A stretch of DNA of 64,000 nucleotides from NCBI GenBank assembly GCA_963664825.1, contig OY761614.1:3232001-3296000 (forward strand). Reading direction: 5' to 3'. The position numbers and the translations under genes are program-made. Positions within the stretch are counted from its first letter, which is position 1; each line of letters begins with the position of its first letter. The stretch is from an uncultured Holophaga sp. Lineage in GTDB: Bacteria; Acidobacteriota; Holophagae; Holophagales; Holophagaceae. Below, piece after piece: positions 1 to 11,480 of this stretch. The notes beneath the pieces are model-generated. The model saw nothing but the letters and a program-made list of their open reading frames with translations, did no database searches and was not told where the DNA came from.

Positions 1-208
1 ACTGGCCACAGATGCCCTCGCGGCAATCGTGGTCCATGGCGATGGGTTCCTCGCCCTTGCGGATGATGCCCTCGTTGACCACATCGAGCATTTCGAGGAA
101 GGACATCTCCGTGCTGACGCCCTTGGCTTCATAGGTGACGAAGCGGCCCTCGTCCTGGGCATTCTTCTGGCGCCAGACTTTCAGTGTGAGATTGAGGTGC
201 TTTTCCAT
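1..208 (-). CDS. sdhB: Succinate dehydrogenase/fumarate reductase iron-sulfur subunit (5' part; runs off the window edge)
   Basis: Manual translation from ATG 208: [14 protein letters not shown]...[11 protein letters not shown]...[10 protein letters not shown], the 2Fe-2S motif; lies directly downstream of sdhA. Confidence 0.92.
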   Translation of the reverse strand, partial: MEKHLNLTLKVWRQKNAQDEGRFVTYEAKGVSTEMSFLEMLDVVNEGIIRKGEEPIAMDHDCREGICGQ

Positions 209-218
209 GGTTCAGCCC

Positions 219-2138
<1,920 letters not shown>

Positions 2139-2149
2139 GGAAGGGTCCT

Positions 2150-2854
2150 TTAGCGGATGACGCCAGCCAGCACGGCGATAGGAAAGGAGATGTTGCCGCC
2201 CACCACCGCCAGGGTGATCACGGAGGCGAAGACGCGCCGGAGCTTGTCGTAGCGAGGATGGGCCAGGCCGAAGGTCTGGGTCAGGCTCCAGACGCCATGC
2301 CACATGTGGAGCCCCAGGCAGAGCATGCCGACGATGTAGAAGGCGCTGGCGCCCACCCGCTTGAAGCCCATTACGAAGTTCTCAAAGGCGTGGTAGCCGT
2401 TTGCGTCCGGGTGCATGTAGCCGGGGTGCATCTGGCCCGTGGTGAGGTGGAGCAGGTGGTAGAGAATGAAGCACGCGAGAATCACGCCGGTGTAGCGCAT
2501 GGTGCGGGAGGACCAGGTGGCCGATTGGAGCTGCTGGGCCCGGTAGCCCTTGGGGCGAGCCTTCCAGTTGTCCAGGGTCAGGCTCAGGGCCGCCCAGCCA
2601 TGCAGGATGACCGCCACGAGCATTACGACCCGGAAGATCCAGATGCCGGCGCCATGGATCATGGTGTGTAGGAGTTCGGCATAGTGGTTCATCGGCTTCG
2701 GGCCCATGTAAGCCTGCATATTGCCAAGCATATGGACCGTCACGAAGCCGAAGAGGATGGTGCCCGTCACGGCCATGACGACCTTCTTCCCGACGGAGGA
2801 ATCCAGGAAACCGACCCTCCTCGCACTATCTAGGTACTGTTCAGCGACAGGCAT
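2150..2854 (-). CDS. sdhC: Succinate dehydrogenase cytochrome b subunit (single 5-TM, b558 type)
   Basis: [13 protein letters not shown]...HMLGN, several His-bearing TM helices; first gene of the sdhCAB operon. Confidence 0.92.
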   Translation of the reverse strand: MPVAEQYLDSARRVGFLDSSVGKKVVMAVTGTILFGFVTVHMLGNMQAYMGPKPMNHYAELLHTMIHGAGIWIFRVVMLVAVILHGWAALSLTLDNWKARPKGYRAQQLQSATWSSRTMRYTGVILACFILYHLLHLTTGQMHPGYMHPDANGYHAFENFVMGFKRVGASAFYIVGMLCLGLHMWHGVWSLTQTFGLAHPRYDKLRRVFASVITLAVVGGNISFPIAVLAGVIR

Positions 2855-2986
2855 CGGCGCTCCTTCCAGGAAACAAGATTTCAGGCCCCCACGGACACGT
2901 CCGGATGGGCTTCAGGGTAGCCCCCGATTCTGGCAAGGAGTGGCCGCCCTGTGGAGCGTTATTTTCTGAAGCCACCCTCCCTGAAC

Positions 2987-3018
2987 GGAAAACGCCGCCT
3001 CGAAAGGCGGCGTTTTCC
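2987..3018 (-). terminator. Intrinsic terminator after hppA (possibly bidirectional)
   Basis: GGAAAACGCCGCCT-CGAA-AGGCGGCGTTTTCC perfect hairpin 15 nt past the hppA stop. Confidence 0.8.
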
Positions 3019-3032
3019 ATGAACGAAGCGTT

Positions 3033-5561
3033 CTAATTTTCGGAATCCGAATCCATGAGGCCCGGAGTTTCCTTCTTGCTATGAAGCACGCCCCAAACGA
3101 TGGCGCCGACGCAGATCAGGGCCATGAGGGTGCCGACCAGCTTGTGGGTGCCGCCACTCAGGGAATACTTCATGATCACCCCCAGGAGGAGCAGGCTGAC
3201 CATATTCATCACCTTGATGAGTGGATTGATGGCCGGACCGGCCGTGTCCTTGAGAGGATCACCCACGGTGTCGCCGGTGACTGCGGCCTTGTGGGCATCG
3301 CTGCCCTTGCCGCCATACACGCCATCCTCGATCATCTTCTTGGCGTTATCCCAGGCACCGCCCGCATTGGCCATGAAGACGGCCAGCAATTGGCCGACCA
3401 CAATGATGCCCGCCAGGAATCCACCCAGGGCATAGGGTCCAAGCAGGAGGCCGACGGCCACAGGAGCGCAGATGGCCAGGAGTGCAGGGCCAATGAGTTC
3501 CTTCTGGGCGGTGTTGGTGCAGATATCGACCACACGGCCGTAGTCAGGCTTCTTGGTGCCGGCCCAGATTTCCTTGTCCTGGAACTGCACCCGGCATTCC
3601 TTGACGATGTAGTAGGCGGCGTGACCCACTGCGCGGATCAGGCTGGAGCTGAAGAGGAAGGGCACGGCACCGCCCAGCAGGAGGCCGATGAGCACGCGCG
3701 GGTCAGCCACGGTCAACATGCCTTTGATGTGGTCGTACTGCGCACCGGTCATGGTGGCCAGCTTGTCCTCGCTGCCCACGGCTATAACCGCGATGAAGCT
3801 GGAGAAGAGGCTGACGCCGGCGATGACGGCCGAACCGATGGCGATGCCCTTGGTCTCGGCCTTGGTGGTGTTGCCCACGGCGTCGAGATCGGCCAGGATC
3901 TGGCGAGCCCGCTTGTAGCTACCGGGCGCTTCCTTTTCCATTTCGTCCTTGTCGTAGCCCATTTCGCCGATGCCATTGGCATTGTCGGCCACGGGCCCAA
4001 ACACGTCCATGGAGATGGTATTGCCCGTGAGGGTCAGCATGCCGATACCGGCCATGGCCACGCCGTAGGCGATGAAGGTGGGCGGTGTCCCGGCATAGAC
4101 GAGGACGGACAGGAAGATGGCGACGACCAGGACCACCAGGGTCACGACGGTGGATTCGTAGCCGACGGCGAAGCCTTCGATGATATTGGTGGCATGGCCC
4201 GTGGTGCAGGCTTTGGCCAGGCCCTTTACCGGCGCGTGGCTGGTGTGGGTGTAGTAGCTGGTGACCTTATTGAGGGCGATGGCCAGGAAGACACCAATGA
4301 GGCAGGTGATAGCCGGGCGCAGATCGAGGCCGGAGACGCCAAAGTTGGCCCAGATGGGCAGATTGGCGGGATTGCCTCCGGGGAAGCCGGCAGCGGCCAG
4401 GGGATTGGCGGCCATGTAGGCGGCATCGAAGTGCAGGTAGAACCAGCCCAGGATGAAGAAGCCCATCACCGAAATGAGGGAGCCGATCCAGAAACCGCGG
4501 TGAACGCTCTTCAGGGCCGTGTCTGAGGTATCGTTGGGCCCGGCCTTCACCGTGTAGGTGGAGATGATGGAACCCAACACACCGATGCCGCGCACCAGAA
4601 GCGGGAAGAGCACGCCCTTGTGGCCGAAGGTGGCCATGCCCAGGATCATGGCGGCCACGATGGTCACTTCGTAGCTCTCGAAGATATCGGCAGCCATGCC
4701 GGCGCAATCACCCACGTTGTCGCCCACGTTATCGGCGATGGTGGCGGCGTTGCGGGGGTCGTCTTCGGGGATATCCTTTTCGATCTTGCCGACAAGGTCG
4801 GCGCCCACGTCTGCGGCCTTGGTGTAGATGCCGCCGCCCACTCGCATGAAGAGTGCCAGCAGCGTGCCGCCGAAGCCGAAGCCCAGCAGGGCCTCGTAGG
4901 CCTGCGCGCCGTAGAGCAGGAAGATCAGGGTGCCGCCCAGGAGACCCAGACCATCGGTCAACATGCCGGTGATGGTGCCCGTGCGGTAGCCCAACTGCAT
5001 GGCCTCGCCGTAGGAACGCTTGGCGGCTGCCGCCACGCGCAGATTGCCGGTGGTGGCCAAGCGCATGCCCACAAAGCCCACGGACCAGGAGAAGAGCGCG
5101 CCCACCAGGAAGGAGATGGCACGGCCGTATTTGAAGGCCGACACGCTACCCTGAGTGGTGAAGTAGAGCACCAGGGTGATGATGATGATGAGGGGCCCGA
5201 TCTTCTTGAACTGGGCGGCCAGATAGGAATTGGCGCCCTCGCGGATCGCCGAGGCGATCTCCTGCATCTTGGTGGTGCCCTTGTCGGCGGCCTTGACCTG
5301 CCTGACTAGGAGCAGGGCGTAGAGCAGGCCCAGCACCGCGATGCAAAGGACGACGACGAGGCTGACGCGCTCGAAAAGCCCGAAATCAGGACTACGAAAG
5401 GGCGCGAAGAACTGGAAGACGTTTTCCGCGTGGTCCGCCACTGCGGCAGCCTGGCCCGGCTGCATGGCATAGGCCGTGGCGAAGAAACACAACATCGCCA
5501 CTAGGTATAGTTTCCGTTTCAAGGGCGTATTCAGCAGCCCGTTGATCCATCTCCGCATCAT
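3033..5561 (-). CDS. hppA: Membrane-bound ion-translocating pyrophosphatase (K+-independent signature)
   Basis: GGGIYTKAADVGADLVGK, DNVGDNVGD, GNTTKA, GGAWDNAKK, GDTVGDPLKD motifs; many TM helices; AAGGAG RBS. Confidence 0.95.
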   Translation of the reverse strand: MMRRWINGLLNTPLKRKLYLVAMLCFFATAYAMQPGQAAAVADHAENVFQFFAPFRSPDFGLFERVSLVVVLCIAVLGLLYALLLVRQVKAADKGTTKMQEIASAIREGANSYLAAQFKKIGPLIIIITLVLYFTTQGSVSAFKYGRAISFLVGALFSWSVGFVGMRLATTGNLRVAAAAKRSYGEAMQLGYRTGTITGMLTDGLGLLGGTLIFLLYGAQAYEALLGFGFGGTLLALFMRVGGGIYTKAADVGADLVGKIEKDIPEDDPRNAATIADNVGDNVGDCAGMAADIFESYEVTIVAAMILGMATFGHKGVLFPLLVRGIGVLGSIISTYTVKAGPNDTSDTALKSVHRGFWIGSLISVMGFFILGWFYLHFDAAYMAANPLAAAGFPGGNPANLPIWANFGVSGLDLRPAITCLIGVFLAIALNKVTSYYTHTSHAPVKGLAKACTTGHATNIIEGFAVGYESTVVTLVVLVVAIFLSVLVYAGTPPTFIAYGVAMAGIGMLTLTGNTISMDVFGPVADNANGIGEMGYDKDEMEKEAPGSYKRARQILADLDAVGNTTKAETKGIAIGSAVIAGVSLFSSFIAVIAVGSEDKLATMTGAQYDHIKGMLTVADPRVLIGLLLGGAVPFLFSSSLIRAVGHAAYYIVKECRVQFQDKEIWAGTKKPDYGRVVDICTNTAQKELIGPALLAICAPVAVGLLLGPYALGGFLAGIIVVGQLLAVFMANAGGAWDNAKKMIEDGVYGGKGSDAHKAAVTGDTVGDPLKDTAGPAINPLIKVMNMVSLLLLGVIMKYSLSGGTHKLVGTLMALICVGAIVWGVLHSKKETPGLMDSDSEN

Positions 5562-5659
5562 GGATGCTCCTTAGAAATAAGGTGAATGGAATGACCCCTA
5601 GTGGTGCGCGGGGGCCCATGTGGGAAAGCGTCTGTCAATACGGGAGTCTGTTCGGCCCT

Positions 5660-5687
5660 AGCCTAGCATAATGCCCACCTGCGTCAA
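5660..5687 (-). promoter_or_regulatory. Putative sigma70 promoter for hppA
   Basis: Minus strand TTGACG-16 nt-TAGGCT with a TG extended -10. Confidence 0.45.
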
Positions 5688-5834
5688 TAAATCCGGGGAT
5701 CTGGACCCCGTGCTGGACTCCGAATCATTGTAATTACAGATGCCCGCTGGTGAAATTTCAGTCGGATAGGGATTCCACGGCCCGGGAGAGGGTGCGGCTT
5801 CCGCTAGACTGTTCGAGTCCTTCGAAAGGAAATC

Positions 5835-6230
5835 ATGTCTCGTCCCTGCCCATGCACCTCCAAACTCACCTATGACAAGTGCTGCGAACCCTTCCTGACA
5901 GGGAGGGCCATTCCCGATAGCGCCGAGAAACTGATGCGCAGCCGCTTCACGGCCTATTCCCTCTGCCGGGCCGACTACCTGGTTGCCACCACGGCTCCCG
6001 AAAAGCGCGAGGAATTGGATCCCGAAGAACTCGGCCGCTACTGCCACGCCGTCAAGTGCATCTCCCTCAAGATCCTCAGCCGGGAAGCGGGCGGCCCCGG
6101 GGATGAGACGGGCGTGGTCATCTTCCACGCCAGCCTCCAGATCAACGGCAAGCGCATGCTGCACCGGGAGCGGAGCACCTTCCGCCGAGAGGATGGCCGC
6201 TGGTTCTACGTGGATGGCGAAACGAACTGA
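5835..6230 (+). CDS. ychJ: YchJ family (SEC-C-like motif) protein
   Basis: CPCxS..Y..CC N-terminus, AEKLMRSRFTAY, ERSTF...WFYVDG. Confidence 0.88.
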   Translation: MSRPCPCTSKLTYDKCCEPFLTGRAIPDSAEKLMRSRFTAYSLCRADYLVATTAPEKREELDPEELGRYCHAVKCISLKILSREAGGPGDETGVVIFHASLQINGKRMLHRERSTFRREDGRWFYVDGETN

Positions 6231-6263
6231 GGGGCTCACAAGAGACTGAATGACCCGAGCCGA

Positions 6264-7322
6264 CTAGACTCCGCTGCGGGCCAATTCTTCGTTGATCTCC
6301 GCAGGAAGGCCCGGCCCGTTGAAGATGAGGGCCGAGTAGATCTGCACCAGGGCCGCACCAGCCTCCAGGGCCGACCGGGCATCGTCTCCGCTTCCGATGC
6401 CGCCGCAGGCCATGAGCTTCATCCCCCGGGGCAGGCGCTGGAGGATGCGCCGCTGGATCTCCGTGGCCTTCACCTTGAGGCCGCGTCCCGAGAGGCCCCC
6501 CTCCCCCCAGGATTCCACCGTGGGGCGATTGATCTGGGAAATGATGCCCCGGTCCAGGGTGGTATTGGTGGCGATGATGCCTTCGAGCCCTGAGGCGACG
6601 ATCACTTCCAGGATGGCGTCCAACTCCCCCTCCGTGAGATCGGGCGCCAGCTTCACGAAGAGGGGCTGAGCCTCCAGGCCCATCTCCTTCCGAGTGCCCA
6701 GCAGGCCTTCCAGGAGCGGTTGGAGGGCTTCGGGAGCCTGCAGCTTCCGGAGCCCGGGAGTATTCGGGGAGCTGATATTGATGGCCGTGTAATCCACATG
6801 AGGCGCCAGCAGACGATAGGCGGTCCGATAGTCCTCCAGGGCACCCTCCGGGGGGGTCACCTTGTTCTTGCCGATATTCCCACCGACGATGAGCCCCGCG
6901 GGGCGCTTCTTCAGGCGCCGGGCCACCACGTCCGCCCCCTCGGAATTGAAGCCCATGCGGTTGAGGATCAGGCCCTCCTGGGGCAGGCGGAAGAGCCGGG
7001 GCTGGGGGTTGCCCGGCTGGGGACGGGGCGTGACCGTGCCGATCTCCACGAAGCCGAAGCCCAGCGCCTTCCAGAGGGGGAGCAGTTCGGCCCCCTTATC
7101 GAGTCCTGCGGCGAGGCCGAGGGGAGACTGGAAATGGAGGCCGCAGACATCGCGAGCCAGGGCAGGGGCGGGACGCCCCGCCACGGAGGCCAGGAGCGGT
7201 AGGGTGCCTGGGATCGATTGGGTGACCTTCCCGCACCGGAAGGCCAGGGCGTGGGCGGATTCCGCGTCCAGGCGGAAGAGTAGAGGGCGGACCGTTCGAT
7301 AGGCACTGGGCAGGAAGGACAT
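6264..7322 (-). CDS. pyrD: Quinone-dependent dihydroorotate dehydrogenase (class 2)
   Basis: GLAAGLDK, GTVTPRPQPGNPQPRLFR, NRMGFN, NISSPNTPGLR, GGLSG; start trimmed to MSFLPSAY. Confidence 0.95.
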   Translation of the reverse strand: MSFLPSAYRTVRPLLFRLDAESAHALAFRCGKVTQSIPGTLPLLASVAGRPAPALARDVCGLHFQSPLGLAAGLDKGAELLPLWKALGFGFVEIGTVTPRPQPGNPQPRLFRLPQEGLILNRMGFNSEGADVVARRLKKRPAGLIVGGNIGKNKVTPPEGALEDYRTAYRLLAPHVDYTAINISSPNTPGLRKLQAPEALQPLLEGLLGTRKEMGLEAQPLFVKLAPDLTEGELDAILEVIVASGLEGIIATNTTLDRGIISQINRPTVESWGEGGLSGRGLKVKATEIQRRILQRLPRGMKLMACGGIGSGDDARSALEAGAALVQIYSALIFNGPGLPAEINEELARSGV

Positions 7323-7453
7323 GGACCGATCTCCGGCATCTCCGCGATAGACACAGAGGCATTTCACGATTGTGAGGGCTTTGGCGGGGCGGCGGGAAGG
7401 GCTCCGTGGATCCGCTATGCTGGATTGTGGCAATGTTCCAGACCCGAGGCCCC

Positions 7454-9067
7454 ATGAGATTCCTGCTCTCCAGTCTTCCCATGGAACTCGGGGAAGAAAA
7501 CCGTCCCCTCGATCAGGTCCTGGCCCAGGCCCTGGGGGGAAGCCCTTCGGATTATGAAACCCCGAGGCTGGAACGGCGCAGCCTGGACGCTCGTCACAAG
7601 AGCCACATCCGCTACCTGGTGAGCCTCGGCTTTGGAACGGCACGCGCGGTTGCAACCATCCCACTCCCCCCGGGCACCCAGTTGGAGCCCGCGCCCGAGC
7701 CCCTTTCCTTCGAGGTGGCCGCCCTGACCCGGAAGCCTCGCGTGGTGATCGTAGGCTCCGGGCCCGCCGGAACCTTCTGCGCTCTGCGCCTCCTGGACTA
7801 CGGCATCGAGGCCGTGCTCCTGGAAAGGGGGCCGGAGATGGAGGAACGAGTGCGGAAGGTCGACGCCCTTTGGGAGGAGGGCGTGCTGGACCCAGGGGCC
7901 AATGCCCAGTTCGGGGAGGGCGGGGCGGGGACCTTCAGCGATGGCAAGCTCACCACCCGCATCGGGCATTCGGCCATCCGCTACGTACTCGAGACATTCG
8001 TGCGTTTCGGGGCTGACCCTCGAATTCTCTACCTAGCCAAACCCCACGTGGGCACCGATGTCATCCGCGCCTGTTCGGTGCGGATCCGGCAGGAGGCCCA
8101 GCGACAAGGGGTCATCTACCGATTCCGGGCGCGGCTGGCTGACCTGGAGGAGACCGATGGAAGGGTGGTGGCCGCCATTCTCGAGAATGGGGAAAGGATC
8201 CCCTGCGATGCCGTGGTCCTGGCGCCGGGCCATAGCGCCCGGGATACCTTCGAAATGCTGGCGCGGCATGGTGTGGCCATGCGGCAGAAGGCCTTCGCCA
8301 TGGGGGTCCGCATCGAACATCCCCAGGAGCTTCTGGATAAGGCCCAGTACGGGCCTTCCTGCGGTCATCCGAGCCTTCCCCCGGCTGACTACAAGCTGGT
8401 CTGCAACCTCAGCAATAACCGGGCGGCCTACAGCTTCTGCATGTGTCCCGGCGGCGAAGTCATCCAGTGTGCCTCCGAAGCCGGGGGGGTGGTGGTGAAC
8501 GGCATGAGCAATGCCCGGCGCGATTCGGGATTTGCCAATGCGGGCCTGGTGGCCAAGGTGAATACCTCGGATTTCCAGTCCGAGGATCTACTGGCGGGCA
8601 TGTACCTCCAGCGGAAATGGGAGCAGGCCTGTTTCCGGGCCGCCGGGGAGACCTACGGCGCGCCTGCCATGAGCGTCCAGGACTTTCTGAATTCAAGGGC
8701 CTCCGGCCAACTGCCCCGGAATAGCTTCCGGCCCTTCGCCGTACCGGCCGATCTGGGCACCTGCCTGCCGGATTTCGTCCTGGCCCAGTTGAGGGAGGCC
8801 CTGCCGGATTTCGAAAGGAAGATCCGGGGCTTCACGAGTCGGGAGGCCATGTTGCTGGCCATCGAGAGCCGCACCAGCAGCCCGGTCCAGCTTTTGCGGG
8901 CCGAGGATGGCCAGTCCCCGTCGCACCTCGGCCTCTACCCCTGCGGCGAGGGCGCGGGTTTCGCCGGCGGCATCACCAGCGCCGCCGTGGATGGCATCCG
9001 GGTGGCCGAATGGATCGCCTCTCAAGCCGGAGCACCCGTCTTTGAACCCTTCCTGAAGCGGATCTAG
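7454..9067 (+). CDS. Uncharacterised FAD-dependent oxidoreductase
   Basis: GSGPAG, QFGEGGAGTFSDGKL, FCMCPGG, GEGAGFAGGITSAAVDG; start trimmed to MRFLL. Confidence 0.85.
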   Translation: MRFLLSSLPMELGEENRPLDQVLAQALGGSPSDYETPRLERRSLDARHKSHIRYLVSLGFGTARAVATIPLPPGTQLEPAPEPLSFEVAALTRKPRVVIVGSGPAGTFCALRLLDYGIEAVLLERGPEMEERVRKVDALWEEGVLDPGANAQFGEGGAGTFSDGKLTTRIGHSAIRYVLETFVRFGADPRILYLAKPHVGTDVIRACSVRIRQEAQRQGVIYRFRARLADLEETDGRVVAAILENGERIPCDAVVLAPGHSARDTFEMLARHGVAMRQKAFAMGVRIEHPQELLDKAQYGPSCGHPSLPPADYKLVCNLSNNRAAYSFCMCPGGEVIQCASEAGGVVVNGMSNARRDSGFANAGLVAKVNTSDFQSEDLLAGMYLQRKWEQACFRAAGETYGAPAMSVQDFLNSRASGQLPRNSFRPFAVPADLGTCLPDFVLAQLREALPDFERKIRGFTSREAMLLAIESRTSSPVQLLRAEDGQSPSHLGLYPCGEGAGFAGGITSAAVDGIRVAEWIASQAGAPVFEPFLKRI

Positions 9068-9088
9068 GGCGTAGACCGCAGTCCCGCC

Positions 9089-9349
9089 TCAGACGAGAAG
9101 ATTCAGGGCGCTTCCGGCGGTATTTCCCACGGCGTTCACGGCCCCGCTCTGGCTGTAGGCGTTCACGGGCGTGGTGTTGGCGGAAGTCTTTGCGGCTTCG
9201 GGATGGGTGAGGGAGTAGGCCAAGGCCTCTGCCGCCGAGACGATGCCATCCTGGTTGGTGTCTGCCGGATCAAAGGAAGCCGCATTGACCAGATTGGTGG
9301 TCTGGGAGGCCAAAATGGAAGAGATACTTTGGACGCCACTGATCGGCAT
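9089..9349 (-). CDS. Small protein with a single EF-hand-like loop
   Basis: DTNQDGIVSAAE matches the DxNxDGxxxxxE loop; GGAG upstream of ATG 9349. Confidence 0.6.
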   Translation of the reverse strand: MPISGVQSISSILASQTTNLVNAASFDPADTNQDGIVSAAEALAYSLTHPEAAKTSANTTPVNAYSQSGAVNAVGNTAGSALNLLV

Positions 9350-9484
9350 GGGGTCTCCCTCCATAGGATCACCTCCATTATAGGTCTTTCGGTGGGTCAT
9401 ACCTCCTGAAGGCCAGTCCGCCCCTCTCTGCTAGAATCCAAGAAAGGCGGCCATCCGGCCGCTTCCTTTTTGCCGCGTGAGCCC

Positions 9485-11053
9485 ATGCCCCTTTCAGACG
9501 AGATCCAGCGCCGCCGCACCTTCGCCATCATCTCCCATCCGGATGCGGGCAAGACGACGCTCACGGAAAAGCTGCTGCTCTATTCCGGCGCCATCGATCG
9601 GGCCGGTTCGGTCAAGGGCCGTGAGCGGGGGGCCATGGCCCAATCGGACTGGATGAGCATCGAGCAGGAGCGCGGGATCAGCGTCACGAGCGCGGCCATG
9701 CAGTTCGACTACAAGGGTTATGCCATCAATCTGCTGGATACCCCGGGCCATCAGGATTTCAGCGAGGATACCTACCGGGCGCTCACGGCCGCCGATAGCG
9801 TGGTGATGTTGCTGGACTGCGCCAAGGGCGTGGAAGAACAGACCAAGAAGCTCTTCCGCGTGGCCAAGGAGCGTCAGCTTCCCATCTTCACCTTCGTCAA
9901 TAAGCTCGACAGGCCCGGCCGGGAACCCATCGAACTGGTGGACGAAGTGGAGGAACTCTTCGGGCTCCACGCGGTGCCCATGACCTGGCCCATCGGTTCA
10001 GGCCCGGATTTCAAGGGCGTCTATGTGCGCGCCACGGGACAGCTCCAGGTCTTCGAACGCACCAAGGCCGGCCAGAGGGCCCGTGTGGCGGGCAAGGGGG
10101 ATCTCAATGACCCTGAAATCGCCGCCCTGCTCACGCCCCAGGAACTCCAGCAGCTCAAGGACGATCTGGAGCTCATGGATCACGTGCTGCCCCCCTTCGA
10201 TAAGGAGGCCTTCCTGCGTGGGGAACAGTCCCCCATGTTCTTCGGCTCGGCCCTCAATAATTTCGGCATCGGGGAATTCCTGGACGAATTCCTGGACATG
10301 GCGCCGTGCCCCCACGCCCGTCCCCTGGCCGATGGCGGCGAACTGGAACCCGAGAAGCCCTTCACGGCCTTCGTATTCAAGGTGCAGGCCAACATGAACA
10401 AGGCCCACCGGGACCGGGTGGCCTTCGCTCGGGTGGTCTCGGGGCACTTCCAGCGGGGCATGGACGCCCTCCACGTGCGGGGCCAGAAGTCCATCAAGCT
10501 CAACTATCCCCATATGTTCTTCGGCCGGGAGCGGGAGATCGTCGACGAGGCCTTCCCGGGGGATATCCTGGGGCTCATCAATCCCGGCATGTTCCGCATC
10601 GGCGATGTGCTTTCGGCCGCAGGCCCCATCGAATTCCACGCCGTGCCCCGCTATTCCCCGGAACAATTCTCCGGTGTCCGCTTGATCGATCCCGGGGCTC
10701 GGAAGGGATTCCTGAAGGGCATCCAGCAGATCGCCGAAGAGGGCGTGGTCCAGCTCTTCTGGCCCAAGGGGGGCGCACCCCTGCCCATCCTGGGGGCCGT
10801 GGGCCGGTTGCAGTTCGAAGTGCTCCAGCACCGACTAAAGGACGAATACGCTTGCGCGGTCATGATGGAGCCGCGCACCTTCCAGATGGCCAGGTGGATC
10901 CAGGGCGGCTGGCCCGAGGCCAGTCACTACTGGGGGGAACTGGTGGAGGATTCCGAAGGCAATCCCGCCATCCTCTTCGAGAACGACTGGCAGCGGCGCA
11001 CCACGGCGGAAAAATGCCCCGACCTGGAGTTTCTGTTGCACCCCGCGAAATAG
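9485..11053 (+). CDS. prfC: Peptide chain release factor 3
   Basis: RRTFAIISHPDAGKTTLTEKLL, DTPGHQDFSEDTYR, FKVQANM..HRDR, GAVGRLQFEV. Confidence 0.96.
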   Translation: MPLSDEIQRRRTFAIISHPDAGKTTLTEKLLLYSGAIDRAGSVKGRERGAMAQSDWMSIEQERGISVTSAAMQFDYKGYAINLLDTPGHQDFSEDTYRALTAADSVVMLLDCAKGVEEQTKKLFRVAKERQLPIFTFVNKLDRPGREPIELVDEVEELFGLHAVPMTWPIGSGPDFKGVYVRATGQLQVFERTKAGQRARVAGKGDLNDPEIAALLTPQELQQLKDDLELMDHVLPPFDKEAFLRGEQSPMFFGSALNNFGIGEFLDEFLDMAPCPHARPLADGGELEPEKPFTAFVFKVQANMNKAHRDRVAFARVVSGHFQRGMDALHVRGQKSIKLNYPHMFFGREREIVDEAFPGDILGLINPGMFRIGDVLSAAGPIEFHAVPRYSPEQFSGVRLIDPGARKGFLKGIQQIAEEGVVQLFWPKGGAPLPILGAVGRLQFEVLQHRLKDEYACAVMMEPRTFQMARWIQGGWPEASHYWGELVEDSEGNPAILFENDWQRRTTAEKCPDLEFLLHPAK

Positions 11054-11125
11054 GGAACCGGGATCCTGTTATCTTTCTTGATCCCGGCTGCCAGAATGCC
11101 GATAGAAATCCGTCAGGAGCGGGTC

Positions 11126-11428
11126 ATGCGCCAGGAAATCAAACCCGAGGACCTCATCGTCATCGAACAGGATGGCACCCGGCGCATCAACCACGACGTG
11201 CTGGAGTCTTACGGCCTGTTCAATCTGCCCAAGTCCATGATGCGCAGCGCACTGATGGTCTACTACGACAATGCCGCCCGCCAGGGACGTAGCGCTGCTT
11301 CCACCGTGCGGATCTTCATCACCCTGGCTAGTTCCATCACCCGCTTCCCCAAGCAGATCGCCATCAACTTCACCCGCGGCGGCGCCTACCGAAGGAACAT
11401 GAGAATGCTTCGACGATACAGCAGGTGA
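11126..11428 (+). CDS. Hypothetical basic protein (100 aa)
   Basis: AGGAG RBS before ATG 11126, strong third-position GC bias, ends in a hairpin; no motif recognised. Confidence 0.7.
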   Translation: MRQEIKPEDLIVIEQDGTRRINHDVLESYGLFNLPKSMMRSALMVYYDNAARQGRSAASTVRIFITLASSITRFPKQIAINFTRGGAYRRNMRMLRRYSR

Positions 11429-11446
11429 GCGTAGCTCACCTGCTGT
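11418..11446. terminator. Perfect 13-bp hairpin between convergent genes
   Basis: ACAGCAGGTGAGC-GTA-GCTCACCTGCTGT overlapping the stop codon; no U-tract. Confidence 0.5.
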
Positions 11447-11480
11447 CCGGTCATCGAAGTTCGTAGAACCAAACGGAGCC

